From NCBI GenBank assembly GCA_965238275.1, contig OZ250186.1, forward strand, positions 2,080,001-2,144,000: a stretch of 64,000 nucleotides of DNA, read 5' to 3'. Below are positions 20,917-30,727 of this stretch, one piece after another; position 1 is the first letter of the stretch, and each line of letters begins with the position of its first letter. Position numbers and translations under genes: made by a program. This DNA comes from Nitrosopumilus sp. GTDB taxonomy: Archaea; Thermoproteota; Nitrososphaeria; Nitrososphaerales; Nitrosopumilaceae. Under the pieces are notes generated by a model that was given only the letters and a program-made list of their open reading frames with translations, did not search any database and was not told where the DNA came from.

Positions 20917-21039
20917 ATGTCTGAGATTGTCTGGAAATGTTTTAGGTGCGGCTTAGCGTTCAAGGCCGTGGATCTTGCCGAGGTGCACGAAAGAATCGCC
21001 AGACACCACATAACCAGAGTAAAGAGGATTGCTGCCTGA
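20917..21039 (+). CDS. Small C2H2-type zinc-finger protein (40 aa; below the ORF-track cutoff)
   Basis: MSEIVWKCFRCGLAFKAVDLAEVHERIARHHITRVKRIAA; TTATAA about 25 nt upstream. Confidence 0.75.
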   Translation: MSEIVWKCFRCGLAFKAVDLAEVHERIARHHITRVKRIAA

Positions 21040-21058
21040 ATAGTTCCGGCGTAAAAGG

Positions 21059-21157
21059 TGCAGAGAGTGGGATTTGAACCCACGAACTCCTGAGAGAAGG
21101 GATTTCCTATTGAAGATCTTGAGTCCCTCTCGGTTGACCGGGCTTCGATATCTCTGC
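21059..21157 (-). tRNA. tRNA-Leu(CAA) with about 14-nt intron in the anticodon loop
   Basis: Acceptor GCAGAGA/TCTCTGC+A, AGGGA-CTCAAG..A-TCCCT, long variable arm, GTGGG-TTCAAAT-CCCAC. Confidence 0.88.
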
Positions 21158-21362
21158 AAGGGGGATGAGATGCAGCCGGTATTTTTTAATTGCTATTCAG
21201 GACTGGAGCCAAACGGCCAGGATGGGGATTCATGTCCGGGCCGGAAGCGGTATGCCGTGTCTCCCATGTTGCAGGCATCCAAACTTGCTGATGCTCTGTG
21301 CCGGCGATGCGTCTAGCTGATGCCTCACAAAAGCTTATAATCGCATGAATAACACCCGAAAC

Positions 21363-21677
21363 ATGACAGAATTCACACCAATTTCACAAGCAAAAAAGAT
21401 GCGAAATGGAATCAATACCAAAGCCACGGTGAAAAGCAAGGGAGACTCAAGGACGGTAAACCTTAGAGCCGGAGGAACAATTGATGTCTGCGATGCAATA
21501 ATATCTGACGGCGAGGGTGAAGACAACCAGATGAAACTCACGTTGTGGGGCGACGACATCAAGGCTGTAAATGCCGGCGATACCGTTGTCATTACAAACG
21601 GGTATATCAACGAGTTCAGAGGAGACGTTTCCCTGACAAAAGGAAAGTTCGGTCAGATGGATATTAATCCTCAATAG
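21363..21677 (+). CDS. ssb: Single OB-fold ssDNA-binding protein (crenarchaeal-type SSB)
   Basis: KLTLWG, GDTVVITNGYINEFRG..LTKGKFG. Confidence 0.85.
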   Translation: MTEFTPISQAKKMRNGINTKATVKSKGDSRTVNLRAGGTIDVCDAIISDGEGEDNQMKLTLWGDDIKAVNAGDTVVITNGYINEFRGDVSLTKGKFGQMDINPQ

Positions 21678-22300
21678 CTTTTATTAGCACCTTGATTATT
21701 TTTCCAATCAACCAGTGTTATGGCTACCCCGGCCACCGAGACAATCAGGCCCAGTATTAGCATGATTCCGGCATAGGCAATGGGAAACAGAACTGTTGTT
21801 AGGGGGGAGTCAGGGTCGGAGAATGCGGAATTTTCAGGATCCTCAGAAAACATTGCCATGACATGCACGCTCCTATCCCCAAGATTTTGAATCTCAAAGT
21901 CGAGAGTGTCAGACTGGTCGATTTCCAGCGCCTCAAACAGGACAAACTCGTTTTGGGCAAATGTGCCATAGTCATCATCAAAGATGTTAGAGACTTCGAT
22001 TGACAGCCTGTCACCAGGCTGGTAATCGGTTATCTGTATGCCCCACAGCAAAATCACATCAGAGGAACGCATGCTGTATGACGTACGAGCCGAATCACCC
22101 GGATTGATCTGAATCTCGTCAGAAACCTTGTCAAATATGTCCTCATACATCAGTGAAATTGACTGGACACCGGGTCCGGTCATGACTGAAGACGCAATGG
22201 ACATGAGAACAAGAAGGGTGATTCCGATCACGGTCAGACCGGCTGCAAGTATTATCGGACCTCGTCTTCGCATTACAAAGCCGACATGGTTGACCCACAT
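21671..22300 (-). CDS. Membrane protein with N- and C-terminal TM helices
   Basis: Hydrophobic termini flanking an acidic domain. Confidence 0.7.
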   Translation of the reverse strand: MWVNHVGFVMRRRGPIILAAGLTVIGITLLVLMSIASSVMTGPGVQSISLMYEDIFDKVSDEIQINPGDSARTSYSMRSSDVILLWGIQITDYQPGDRLSIEVSNIFDDDYGTFAQNEFVLFEALEIDQSDTLDFEIQNLGDRSVHVMAMFSEDPENSAFSDPDSPLTTVLFPIAYAGIMLILGLIVSVAGVAITLVDWKNNQGANKSY

Positions 22301-22337
22301 TAATGTTATAGATACTCAACGGGCACAAAGACGTAGG

Positions 22338-23692
22338 TCATTTTTTCTTGCCAGATGTGGTTTTGGCCGCCTTAGACGCAGAAGCTGGTTTGGTGGTTTT
22401 TTTGGATTTTACTTTTGTGGTTTTTTTGGCCGGTTTAGACGCAGAAGCTGGTTTGGTGGTTTTTTTGGCCGGTTTAGACTCTGGTTTGCCAGGAGTTTTT
22501 GCAGTTATCTTGGGCTTAGGAACCGGCTTAGTGGGATTTTTAATTTTTTTGGATTTTGCCAGCTTTTTTACAGGTTTTTTGGCGGGCTTGGATGCCGATG
22601 GCTTTTTGGCGGGTTTTTTGGCGGGCTTGGATGCCGATGGCTTTTTGGCGGGTTTTTTGGCGGGCTTGGATGCCGATGGCTTTTTGGCGGGTTTTTTGGC
22701 GGGCTTGGATGCCGATGGCTTTTTGGCGGGTTTTTTGGCGGGCTTGGATGCCGATGGCTTTTTGGCGGGTTTTTTGGCGGGCTTGGATGCCGATGGCTTT
22801 TTGGCGGGTTTTTTGGCGGGCTTGGATGCCGATGGCTTTTTGGCGGGTTTTTTGGCGGGCTTGGATGCCGATGGCTTTTTGGCGGGCTTGGATGCCGATG
22901 GTTTTTTTTTGGCGGGCTTGGATGCCGATGGCTTTTTGGCGGGCTTGGATGCCGATGGCTTTTTTTGGCGGGCTTGGCGGGTTTTTTGGCGGGCTTGGAT
23001 GCCGATGGCTTTTTGGCTGGCTTGGCCGGTTTTTTCTTGGATGATGCCATCTTGGCTCTTTTGGCAAGAGCATTCTGAAGTCTCAGCGTTTCCTGTTTCG
23101 ATGCCTGTTCTGCAGATGCCACTGCCTGGACCTGCTTTTTCAGTTCTCCTGCAAGATTTTTTGCCATGCTGCGGGAATTGGCCATGGTCTTTTTCAGGGA
23201 ATTCTTCAGCTGTGCATGTTTTTGAATTTTAGAGAAGGATTCGGATTTCATTTTGGAATATTGCGCTATTTCCCGTACCACTTTTCCTGCAGTCTTTTCC
23301 CGGCTATTAATCTCAGAGACAAGATCCTGAACATGCCTGGTAAGCTGCTGCAGTCTGTAGTCGGCATCCTGCCTTCCGTCAGAATCATCAGCAGGTGCCG
23401 CCTTTTGTTCAACCGTAATGATCTCGTTTTTTTCCATGGACAATCGCTGCTTGGCACCGTCTATCAGCCGTCCAATGCTGTCCATCTGGGAGTTTCTTTG
23501 AACAAGAGTAGCGGAGATGTCAGACGTGTGTTCGCCTTCTGCATCCATCTTCCTCTCAAGCAGTGCAATACGGGCAGACAGTCTTTTTTCAACAGAACGA
23601 ATCTTCTTTAGATCATTGCGGGCTTTCATCTCCAAAGCTACCGATTCCTTTGTTCTTTGATACAATTTTGCTAGTTTATCCAGGGATGCCAT
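22338..23692 (-). CDS. Coiled-coil protein with long Lys/Pro/Ala (histone H1-like) tail; apparent 1-nt frameshift at about 22960-22966
   Basis: Helical N-terminus then KPAKKPSAS repeats; span to TGA at 22338 is 1355 nt, one short of a multiple of 3; T7 run where the repeat frame needs T5 or T8. Confidence 0.75.
22575..23020. repeat. Coding tandem repeat: 8 x 39 bp (22575-22886) plus shorter degenerate copies
   Basis: Unit TTTTTTGGCGGGCTTGGATGCCGATGGCTTTTTGGCGGG encodes PAKKPSASKPAKK on the minus strand. Confidence 0.95.
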
Positions 23693-24439
23693 TCACCATA
23701 CCAACGATGCAGAGTATAAGGCGGTTTATATAGTTATAAATTAATTTTTTATATAGACCCCGTTTGGTTTTAGGCACGGATTTGCAAACAGTTCTGTATT
23801 TTCACGCCTACGCCGGTGGTAGACTAGCATGTACGACTTTTTAGTTAGGAAAAATAGCAGGACACGATCCACCGATATGCCTTTTGAGGCTAAAATCCGC
23901 GCATCAGTGTTTAATTATGAAAAATTATAAAAATCACAACGGCGGGTTTGAGACAGCCTGCATGACATTATGCTGCAAATTACCTATGGATACCTGTTTT
24001 CTGCTAAATTTCAGACATCCTGCACGCCTTGGACTGCAACGGGAGTTGGGTTATTTTCGGAGGGGTCGTTGTCATTCCAGGCATGTATTTTCTGACTAAC
24101 CGGTAAAACCCACGCCGCGCATTTCACGCATCATGCCCGTCACCAAAACCCCTTCCCCCAGCGTCCCCCTCAGTCAGGCTCCCCTACTGGATCCTGCGTG
24201 TCTCTGCAGGCACCCCAGATGCCATCCTGCAGGCATTATCATGACAGTCAACATCACGCATGATGGTGGCAGGCAGAACCCCCGTTGCCCATTCCCAGCG
24301 GTTTTACAAGCAGGATACGGTTTTTCCCATCCGGATGTCTCCTGTCCACCAGACTGCAATCTGCCTCGCATGCCATCGTCCCCGTTACGAGACCCGGCTG
24401 TTTTTGAAAGAATATTAGTCAATGTATTCCAGCAGGATC

Positions 24440-24751
24440 ATGGATTTTCATCCAAGGGATCTCCCCATATCAAAGGCATACGACATAACAGACGAAAGGG
24501 GCGTTCCCGACGCGGTAGATGACATGGTAAGATTGGGATTCAGCGGCAGGAAGGACGGATTCAGGGTTTTGATGCCAAAGGAATCAAAGACTGCAAAAAG
24601 AATCGGATACATGGTAACGACCGGGGTGACACACGGACTAAGAAAGAAAAACGAGATCAGGGATGTCAGGTACTGGACATACCACCACGACGAGGATCAT
24701 TACGCAATAGTCCTGATAAGCGGTTCTGTCCTGGAATCATTGGGTTTTTGA
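24440..24751 (+). CDS. Hypothetical protein
   Basis: MDFHPRDLP...YWTYHHDEDHYAIVLI; protein-like codon usage. Confidence 0.7.
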   Translation: MDFHPRDLPISKAYDITDERGVPDAVDDMVRLGFSGRKDGFRVLMPKESKTAKRIGYMVTTGVTHGLRKKNEIRDVRYWTYHHDEDHYAIVLISGSVLESLGF

Positions 24752-25408
24752 TCTCTCGAAGATTTTGTACAGCTTTGTCCTGTGGGCCAGTACGCCTGCC
24801 AGCATGATGCCAATGACGGTTCCGCCAATAACGTCCATCGGGTAGTGCTGCAGGACGTAAATTCTGCTGACAGATACCATTGCAGGGTACAGGAACATCA
24901 GGTATGCCCCGCGCGGAAACCGCTCAGACAAGGCATATCCGAGAATTATCGCAAATATCATGGATCTTGCCGCATGTCCGGACGGGTACGAGGCGTCATA
25001 CCCGCCCTCGCAAAACAGGGAAAACGTATCACGGCTGATATCCACAGGGAACGGCACGCCCTCAAAGTCATAGTCTGGTCGGTCCCGGTCAATGCCGCAC
25101 TTGATGTATCCGGTAAGCAGCGTGGATATCACTATCAGAATCATCAGGGTGATGCCTATCCTGCGGGTCTTTGGAATTATCAGCACCAGAATTCCAAACA
25201 TCAGCATGTTAAAGACGTCCCCGCTCTCGGTAATGGACTGCATGACGATGTCAGCTGTGGGATCTCCGACATTCTGAGAGAAGAACAAGGCCACGCTGTG
25301 ATCAAAGCCGTCAGTTGCTCCCGAATATACCGTGACGGCAAGAATCAGGGACAGTACTGCCAATAGTACGAAGGAGCGCGACCTGACTTCAAAGATCCAA
25401 TCTTGCAA
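24737..25408 (-). CDS. PAP2-family membrane phosphatase
   Basis: KxxxxxxRP, YPSGH, SRIYVLQHYPMDV. Confidence 0.93.
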   Translation of the reverse strand: MQDWIFEVRSRSFVLLAVLSLILAVTVYSGATDGFDHSVALFFSQNVGDPTADIVMQSITESGDVFNMLMFGILVLIIPKTRRIGITLMILIVISTLLTGYIKCGIDRDRPDYDFEGVPFPVDISRDTFSLFCEGGYDASYPSGHAARSMIFAIILGYALSERFPRGAYLMFLYPAMVSVSRIYVLQHYPMDVIGGTVIGIMLAGVLAHRTKLYKIFERSKTQ

Positions 25409-25768
25409 TCAGTTACTCATCAGGCGGGTGCTGTTTTTAGTTTTTCCAATCATTTCCTGAACTGTTTTGGCAGTCCCGTCACAGGCTCCAACGCAAGCAT
25501 GTCAGGAATTTTGCCTGCGGTAAAATTTTGTGAGCACCGATGATGGAACACGCCATGCGTGTGATCTTTTGGGCTGTCACATCCTCATAATGCCGTCCCC
25601 GGAATTTGGGTGACATTGCACATCCGGGATGTGCATGTCCAGAGATCCCAAAGGCAGGCACTGCCATTTGCAGAATTAATCACGCCCATGCATGGGCAAG
25701 TCTGGTATCAGGGCACATGCCTTTGGGGACGGCTCAACGAATTTATCCGAGTGAATGGTACGATCGCT

Positions 25769-26977
25769 GTGAAGATTCTCACGCTGGACGACTTTGACCT
25801 AAAATCCAAGACCGTCTTTCTGAGAGTGGATATGAACTGCCCAATTGATCCCATAACGATGGAGATTCTGGGCACCAAAAGAATCGAGGAGACCACAGAG
25901 ACGATCAAGGCGCTCAAGGACTCCAAGGTGGTTGTCGCATCACACCAGGGCAGGGTTGGAAACAAGGACTACTGCGGAATGGCCATGCATGCAAAGGTTC
26001 TAGAAGGGATGATGGGCAGGAAGATAAAATATGTAGAGGACGTGATTGGCCAGGCTGCGCAAGATGCCATAAAGAACATGCAGGACGGCGACATCATGTT
26101 TTTGGACAACCTCAGGCTGTGCGCCGAGGAAAATTACGAGTTTTTGCCAAAGAACGCGGCCAAGACGATCATGGTCTCCAGGCTCTCCAAGCTCTTTGAT
26201 CTCTGCATACTGGATTCATTTCCCAGCGCGCACCGCTCCCATCCGTCGATCGTGGGATTTCCGCAGGTTCTGCCTGCATGCGCAGGACGGATAGTCGAAA
26301 AAGAGGTCAGAAACCTCGACGAGATAATGACTGTGGCCAAGGCGCCGCACGTGATTGTTCTTGGCGGATCCAAGGTGATGGACAGGCTTGAGGCGATCAA
26401 GCTGCTGATTCAGAACGGCCGGGCAGACTACATCCTGCTGACAGGACTCATAGGAAACGTCTTCATGCGCGCGCAGGCAAGAATCAAGTCGCCGCTTGGA
26501 ATCGGAAAGGAAGACGAGGTTGTCGCAAAGGCGCATGTCCTGATTGGCGAGTATCCGGACGTGTTTGTGACCCCGGTGGATGTCGCAGTGGACAAGGACG
26601 GCGACAGGATGGAGATGGATGTCAGGGAGATGGGCAAGGATGACAAGATATATGATCTTGGTCCAAAGACTGTGGAGTATTATTCAAAGTTGATTGCAGG
26701 CGCAGGAACCGTGTTTATCAGCGGACCGGCAGGATTCTTTGAAAGGGAGAACTTTAGTTACGGCACGAGGGCGCTGCTCAGCGCGGTTGCAAACTCGATG
26801 GCCACGACCATTGTCAGCGGGGGACACCTGACCACCGCGCTAAAGCGGTACGGACTGGCCGACAGGATCAACCACACAAGTACTGCAGGCGGGGCGCTGG
26901 TGCTCTACCTTACGGGAAGAAAGCTGCCAATGATCAGGGCGCTTGAGGATGCGGCCGCAAGATACAGGTCTAAATAG
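25769..26977 (+). CDS. pgk: Phosphoglycerate kinase
   Basis: LRVDMNCP, SHQGR, AHRSH, LGGSK, STAGGA; GTG start at 25769. Confidence 0.96.
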   Translation: MKILTLDDFDLKSKTVFLRVDMNCPIDPITMEILGTKRIEETTETIKALKDSKVVVASHQGRVGNKDYCGMAMHAKVLEGMMGRKIKYVEDVIGQAAQDAIKNMQDGDIMFLDNLRLCAEENYEFLPKNAAKTIMVSRLSKLFDLCILDSFPSAHRSHPSIVGFPQVLPACAGRIVEKEVRNLDEIMTVAKAPHVIVLGGSKVMDRLEAIKLLIQNGRADYILLTGLIGNVFMRAQARIKSPLGIGKEDEVVAKAHVLIGEYPDVFVTPVDVAVDKDGDRMEMDVREMGKDDKIYDLGPKTVEYYSKLIAGAGTVFISGPAGFFERENFSYGTRALLSAVANSMATTIVSGGHLTTALKRYGLADRINHTSTAGGALVLYLTGRKLPMIRALEDAAARYRSK

Positions 26978-27317
26978 GTGCCCCGCAGGCCGGATTCGGG
27001 CATGTACTGTCCTCGGAGCCGCCCATATGGACATCAAGGTTGCAGGAATTGCAGTGGACGCTCTCAACGGGATCAAAGAGTTTCATCCAGATCGTCGTAA
27101 AGTTCTGCGCAATGTTTCTGGCAAGCCCGGAGTCGCACATGTCATTAAACATGTACTCCACATCATCAATCATCCATGACGGATCCATGTCGCCATTCTT
27201 TACAAGTATCTCAAAGATTTCGTCGTTGGTAAACCTGGCCTCAACGTCGTTGAACCGCTCAAAGATTATCTTCCTTATCTGCAGCGGGATGGGGGTTGAG
27301 GGGGTAAATCCGCTCAT
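26970..27317 (-). CDS. Winged-helix/Zn-ribbon hypothetical protein
   Basis: C-terminal CNSC...CPNPAC; last gene of the suf operon. Confidence 0.7.
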   Translation of the reverse strand: MSGFTPSTPIPLQIRKIIFERFNDVEARFTNDEIFEILVKNGDMDPSWMIDDVEYMFNDMCDSGLARNIAQNFTTIWMKLFDPVESVHCNSCNLDVHMGGSEDSTCPNPACGAPI

Positions 27318-27318
27318 A

Positions 27319-27753
27319 TCAGTACAGGTTGGCGGCCTCTTCCTTGAGCCTGTCTGCATCATCGACATGCTCCCCAAGATACGTGTAGAGGGCAGATTTT
27401 AGCACCTTGAGTGAGAGCAGGGCGCATTTTATCCGCACGGCCTGCAGGTGTTCAAGTCCAAGCTCGCCTAGCACGTCGCTCTTGTCGATCTTTCGCACAT
27501 CCTCGATGCTCTTGCCTTTTGTTATCTCAGTGAGTACCGATGAGCAGGCCATGCATATTGCGCAGCCCTTTCCGTGGAATTTGATATCAGATACGGTCTG
27601 GCCGTCAATCTTCATATCAATGTCAATGCTGTCGCCGCACAGCGGGTTTGAGTCATGGAAGGTGACGTCATGATCCTCTATCTTGCCATAGTTTACAGGG
27701 TTCCTAGAGTAGTCAATTATCATCTCATGGTATATGTCGGCGTTGCTGCTCAT
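27319..27753 (-). CDS. sufU: SufU/IscU scaffold protein
   Basis: NPLCGD, GCAIC, RIKCALL. Confidence 0.92.
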   Translation of the reverse strand: MSSNADIYHEMIIDYSRNPVNYGKIEDHDVTFHDSNPLCGDSIDIDMKIDGQTVSDIKFHGKGCAICMACSSVLTEITKGKSIEDVRKIDKSDVLGELGLEHLQAVRIKCALLSLKVLKSALYTYLGEHVDDADRLKEEAANLY

Positions 27754-28991
27754 AGCTTGAAGAGCCTCGCTACAGTGTTTAACGACCTTATCAGGGCATC
27801 GACGTCCTCCCTGGTATTGTATATGTAAAAGCTGGCACGGGATGTAGCTGCAACATTCATCCTCTCCATGAGGACCTGGGCGCAGTGGTGCCCGGAACGG
27901 ATTGCGATTCCCTCTGCGTCCATTATCTGGGCCACATCATGCGGATGCACGTCGGCAAAGTTAAACGAGATGACGCCTCCGCGCTTTGATATGTCCGTGG
28001 TGCCGTAGATGTGGAGCCCCTTTACCTCGGAGAGCTTCTCCAGGGCGTATCCGGTCAGTTCGACTTCGTGTCTTCTCACGTTTGCCATTCCCACTCCGGC
28101 AAGATAGTCGACTGCGGCCCCAAGCCCTACGACGTCGGCAATGTTTGGCGTGCCTGCCTCGAACTTGTATGGGAGATCGTTCCAGGTGGTCTCGTACTTG
28201 TGTACCTCGCGTATCATGTCCCCCCCTCCATGGAACGGACTCATGGTCTCGAGTACGGATCTTCTGACCCACAGCACCCCGATTCCCGTGGGCCCGAGCA
28301 TCTTGTGGCCTGAGAAGGCGAAAAAATCGCACCCTATCTTCTGCAAGTCGACTGGCATGTGCGGTACTGCCTGCGCTCCGTCTACCAGCGTCAGGACGTT
28401 GGAGTCTTGGCACCTCTTGATTATTCCCTGTGCGTCAGTTATTGTTCCAAGTACGTTGGACATCAGGCTAAACGCTACAATCTTGACCTTTCCGGTGGCA
28501 AGATACCGGTCAAGATCATCAAGGATTAGTTCCCCGTCATCATCCGTCCGGATATACTCTAGCTTTGCGCCCTTCTCCTGTGCAAGAAGCTGCCAGGGGA
28601 CGATGTTGCTGTGATGCTCGTATTCGGTGGTGACAATTACATCCCCCTTGCCCACATGGCTTCTGCCCCATGCGTATGCAACCAGGTTGATGGCCTCGGT
28701 GGTCCCACGTACAAAGATGATCTCCTCCCGGTTTTTGACGTTGACAAAGTCTGCCACCTTGTCCCGGGCCGCCTCGTATGCCTGGGTCGCCTCCTCGGCC
28801 AGGGCGTATACGGCACGGTGAATGTTTGCGTTGTAGTTTTGGTAGTAGTCGGTTATGGCATCAATGACCTGCCTGGGCTTTTGCGTGGTGGATGCATTGT
28901 CCAGATAGACAAGGGGCTTGCCTTCCCTGACGGTGCGCTGCAGTATTGGAAAGTCCTTTCTCAAATTCTCAAACAACTGTGCCCTCTGCAT
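27750..28991 (-). CDS. sufS: Cysteine desulfurase SufS
   Basis: YLDNASTTQKP, EHHSN, SGHKM, RSGHHCAQ. Confidence 0.96.
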   Translation of the reverse strand: MQRAQLFENLRKDFPILQRTVREGKPLVYLDNASTTQKPRQVIDAITDYYQNYNANIHRAVYALAEEATQAYEAARDKVADFVNVKNREEIIFVRGTTEAINLVAYAWGRSHVGKGDVIVTTEYEHHSNIVPWQLLAQEKGAKLEYIRTDDDGELILDDLDRYLATGKVKIVAFSLMSNVLGTITDAQGIIKRCQDSNVLTLVDGAQAVPHMPVDLQKIGCDFFAFSGHKMLGPTGIGVLWVRRSVLETMSPFHGGGDMIREVHKYETTWNDLPYKFEAGTPNIADVVGLGAAVDYLAGVGMANVRRHEVELTGYALEKLSEVKGLHIYGTTDISKRGGVISFNFADVHPHDVAQIMDAEGIAIRSGHHCAQVLMERMNVAATSRASFYIYNTREDVDALIRSLNTVARLFKL

Positions 28992-28992
28992 T

Positions 28993-29310
28993 TCAAACCT
29001 CCACGTAAATCGAGTCGCCGTCTATTTTAACATTGTATACCCTGAGGGAGTCCTCTGCAGGCGGGTTCTGCGGCTCCCCGGTATCCAGATTAAACACGGA
29101 AAGGTGCAGCGGGCACCGCACTCCCTCATCGCTGAGAAAGCCCGTCGAGAGATCCGCGTCTGCATGCGTGCATATAAGGTTAGTTGCATGCATGTTCCCG
29201 CGTACATTGGCAAGCAGTATTCTCTTCTCATCGTGCACAAACCCGAAGAGCTGGCCCTCAGGAACATCCTTGATGCCGCAGGCTCTAATCCATTCGGCCA
29301 CATGAATCAC
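28993..29310 (-). CDS. Rieske [2Fe-2S] ferredoxin
   Basis: CTH...CPLH. Confidence 0.92.
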   Translation of the reverse strand: MIHVAEWIRACGIKDVPEGQLFGFVHDEKRILLANVRGNMHATNLICTHADADLSTGFLSDEGVRCPLHLSVFNLDTGEPQNPPAEDSLRVYNVKIDGDSIYVEV

Positions 29311-30707
29311 CGGTACTTGTAGTGCTGCTCAACTTCTGCATCCTCGTTGTAGCGCGTCTCCTCGACTTCTACGAATTTTGCAAGCTCCTCGTCTGTATTG
29401 ATGCCAAGCTCCCGGCTCTCCCATTTGGACTCTATAAGGTAGGCAATCCATGCCCTTACCTGAAAGGACATCTTTCTTGAGAGGGGCTCTAAGAATCCCT
29501 CCACGATGGTTCTTTCTGCCTCCTCGTGGCTAAGGCACCTGGTCTTGAGATAGAAGATCTGCTCCTCGTCAATCTGCGCAACGGATGCAGAGTGTGTCGC
29601 CTTTACGTCGTTTGTGAATATCTCAAGTCCTGGAATCGCGTCTGACTTTGCATCCTTGTCCAGAAGGATGGATCGTCCGGACAGGAACGAGTTTGACTTT
29701 GCGGCATTCTCCATTATTCTTATCATTCCCTTGAAGAGCGACTTTGAGCTGTCCCTTAGGATTGACTTTTCGACCACCCTTGCCTCGGTTGCCTGACTCC
29801 GATGGTTCACGCTGGTCTGAATGTCAAAGGACTGCTCCTGGTTGCCAAATACTACCTCAGAGTCGTTGGCAGAAGAGCCGGCCCCGTTGAGATAGTAGTC
29901 GATCTTGTATCTGGACAGCATTGAGCCAAAGAGGCCCGAATACCAGTTTACAGTGGAATCCCTTGCAAGGTCTGTCCGCCGTGTTGAAAAGTTTACAGAG
30001 TGCTGGTCCATCATCTGCAGGGTGGTAAAGTCCAGGTGTGAGTTTTCTCCGGCAGTGATGCTTAGCATCTCAAGGTATGCCTGCTGGGTGTCTGATTTTG
30101 GGGAGTAGATCTCCTGGACTATTGTGGCCTTGCTGCTCTGGCCTGCAAGGATGACGTTTCTGGAGATTGTCGAGCGGCCGTCTTCTGACAGGCATACCAA
30201 AAGATGGATGGGTTCTGCCAGGACAAGGTTGCGCGGAATGTGTATGAACATTCCAGAGTTGAATGCGGCGTTGTTGAGTGCCGTAAACTTGTCCTCCCCG
30301 GAATTTAGAGAGTCCAAGGCGGTCCTCACAAGATCAGGGTGGTTCTGGATGGCATCGGATATGGAGGAGATTATCAGCCCCTTGGATTTTAGATCCTCGG
30401 GAATGTTTATCCGGTGGATGTTTGTCCCGATCTGAATTATGCACATCTTGTCTTCGAGTTCTCCCAGCCGCCTGTCAAGGAATCCCGGAACCGTTCTGGC
30501 AGTGGACGTCGAGAGGAACACCTGGTCGGGATCCATCTTTTTTGCATCGGTGTACTTGTTGTAGAGGGGGGACATCTCAAGTGGCAGGCTGTTGTAGAGG
30601 GACAGGGAGTTTCTCCTGTAGTCGTTGAGCCATTCGGGCTCATGGCCAGACGAGGAGATCTCATCAATATGGCTGGTATTGATTCTTGAAAGGGTTTCTT
30701 GGGACAT
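29307..30707 (-). CDS. sufD: Fe-S assembly protein SufD
   Basis: PGLEIFTNDVKATHSA, FYLKTR. Confidence 0.92.
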   Translation of the reverse strand: MSQETLSRINTSHIDEISSSGHEPEWLNDYRRNSLSLYNSLPLEMSPLYNKYTDAKKMDPDQVFLSTSTARTVPGFLDRRLGELEDKMCIIQIGTNIHRINIPEDLKSKGLIISSISDAIQNHPDLVRTALDSLNSGEDKFTALNNAAFNSGMFIHIPRNLVLAEPIHLLVCLSEDGRSTISRNVILAGQSSKATIVQEIYSPKSDTQQAYLEMLSITAGENSHLDFTTLQMMDQHSVNFSTRRTDLARDSTVNWYSGLFGSMLSRYKIDYYLNGAGSSANDSEVVFGNQEQSFDIQTSVNHRSQATEARVVEKSILRDSSKSLFKGMIRIMENAAKSNSFLSGRSILLDKDAKSDAIPGLEIFTNDVKATHSASVAQIDEEQIFYLKTRCLSHEEAERTIVEGFLEPLSRKMSFQVRAWIAYLIESKWESRELGINTDEELAKFVEVEETRYNEDAEVEQHYKYR

Positions 30708-30727
30708 TGCCGATCAAAATGCCACTA

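Noticed and set aside
22575-23020. Regular repeats resembling a CRISPR array
   Set aside because: Units are contiguous with no unique spacers, are multiples of 3 and encode a Lys/Pro/Ala tail; no cas genes in the window
22128-23232. Long plus-strand ORFs (FLAGLDADG, WRAWMPMA and GGLGCRW repeats)
   Set aside because: Antisense shadows of the stop-free repeat; the minus-strand gene explains the region
23700-24420. 720-bp gap with an AT-rich stretch (origin or ncRNA?)
   Set aside because: No ORB-like repeats, adjacent cdc6, credible ORF or clear structure recognised
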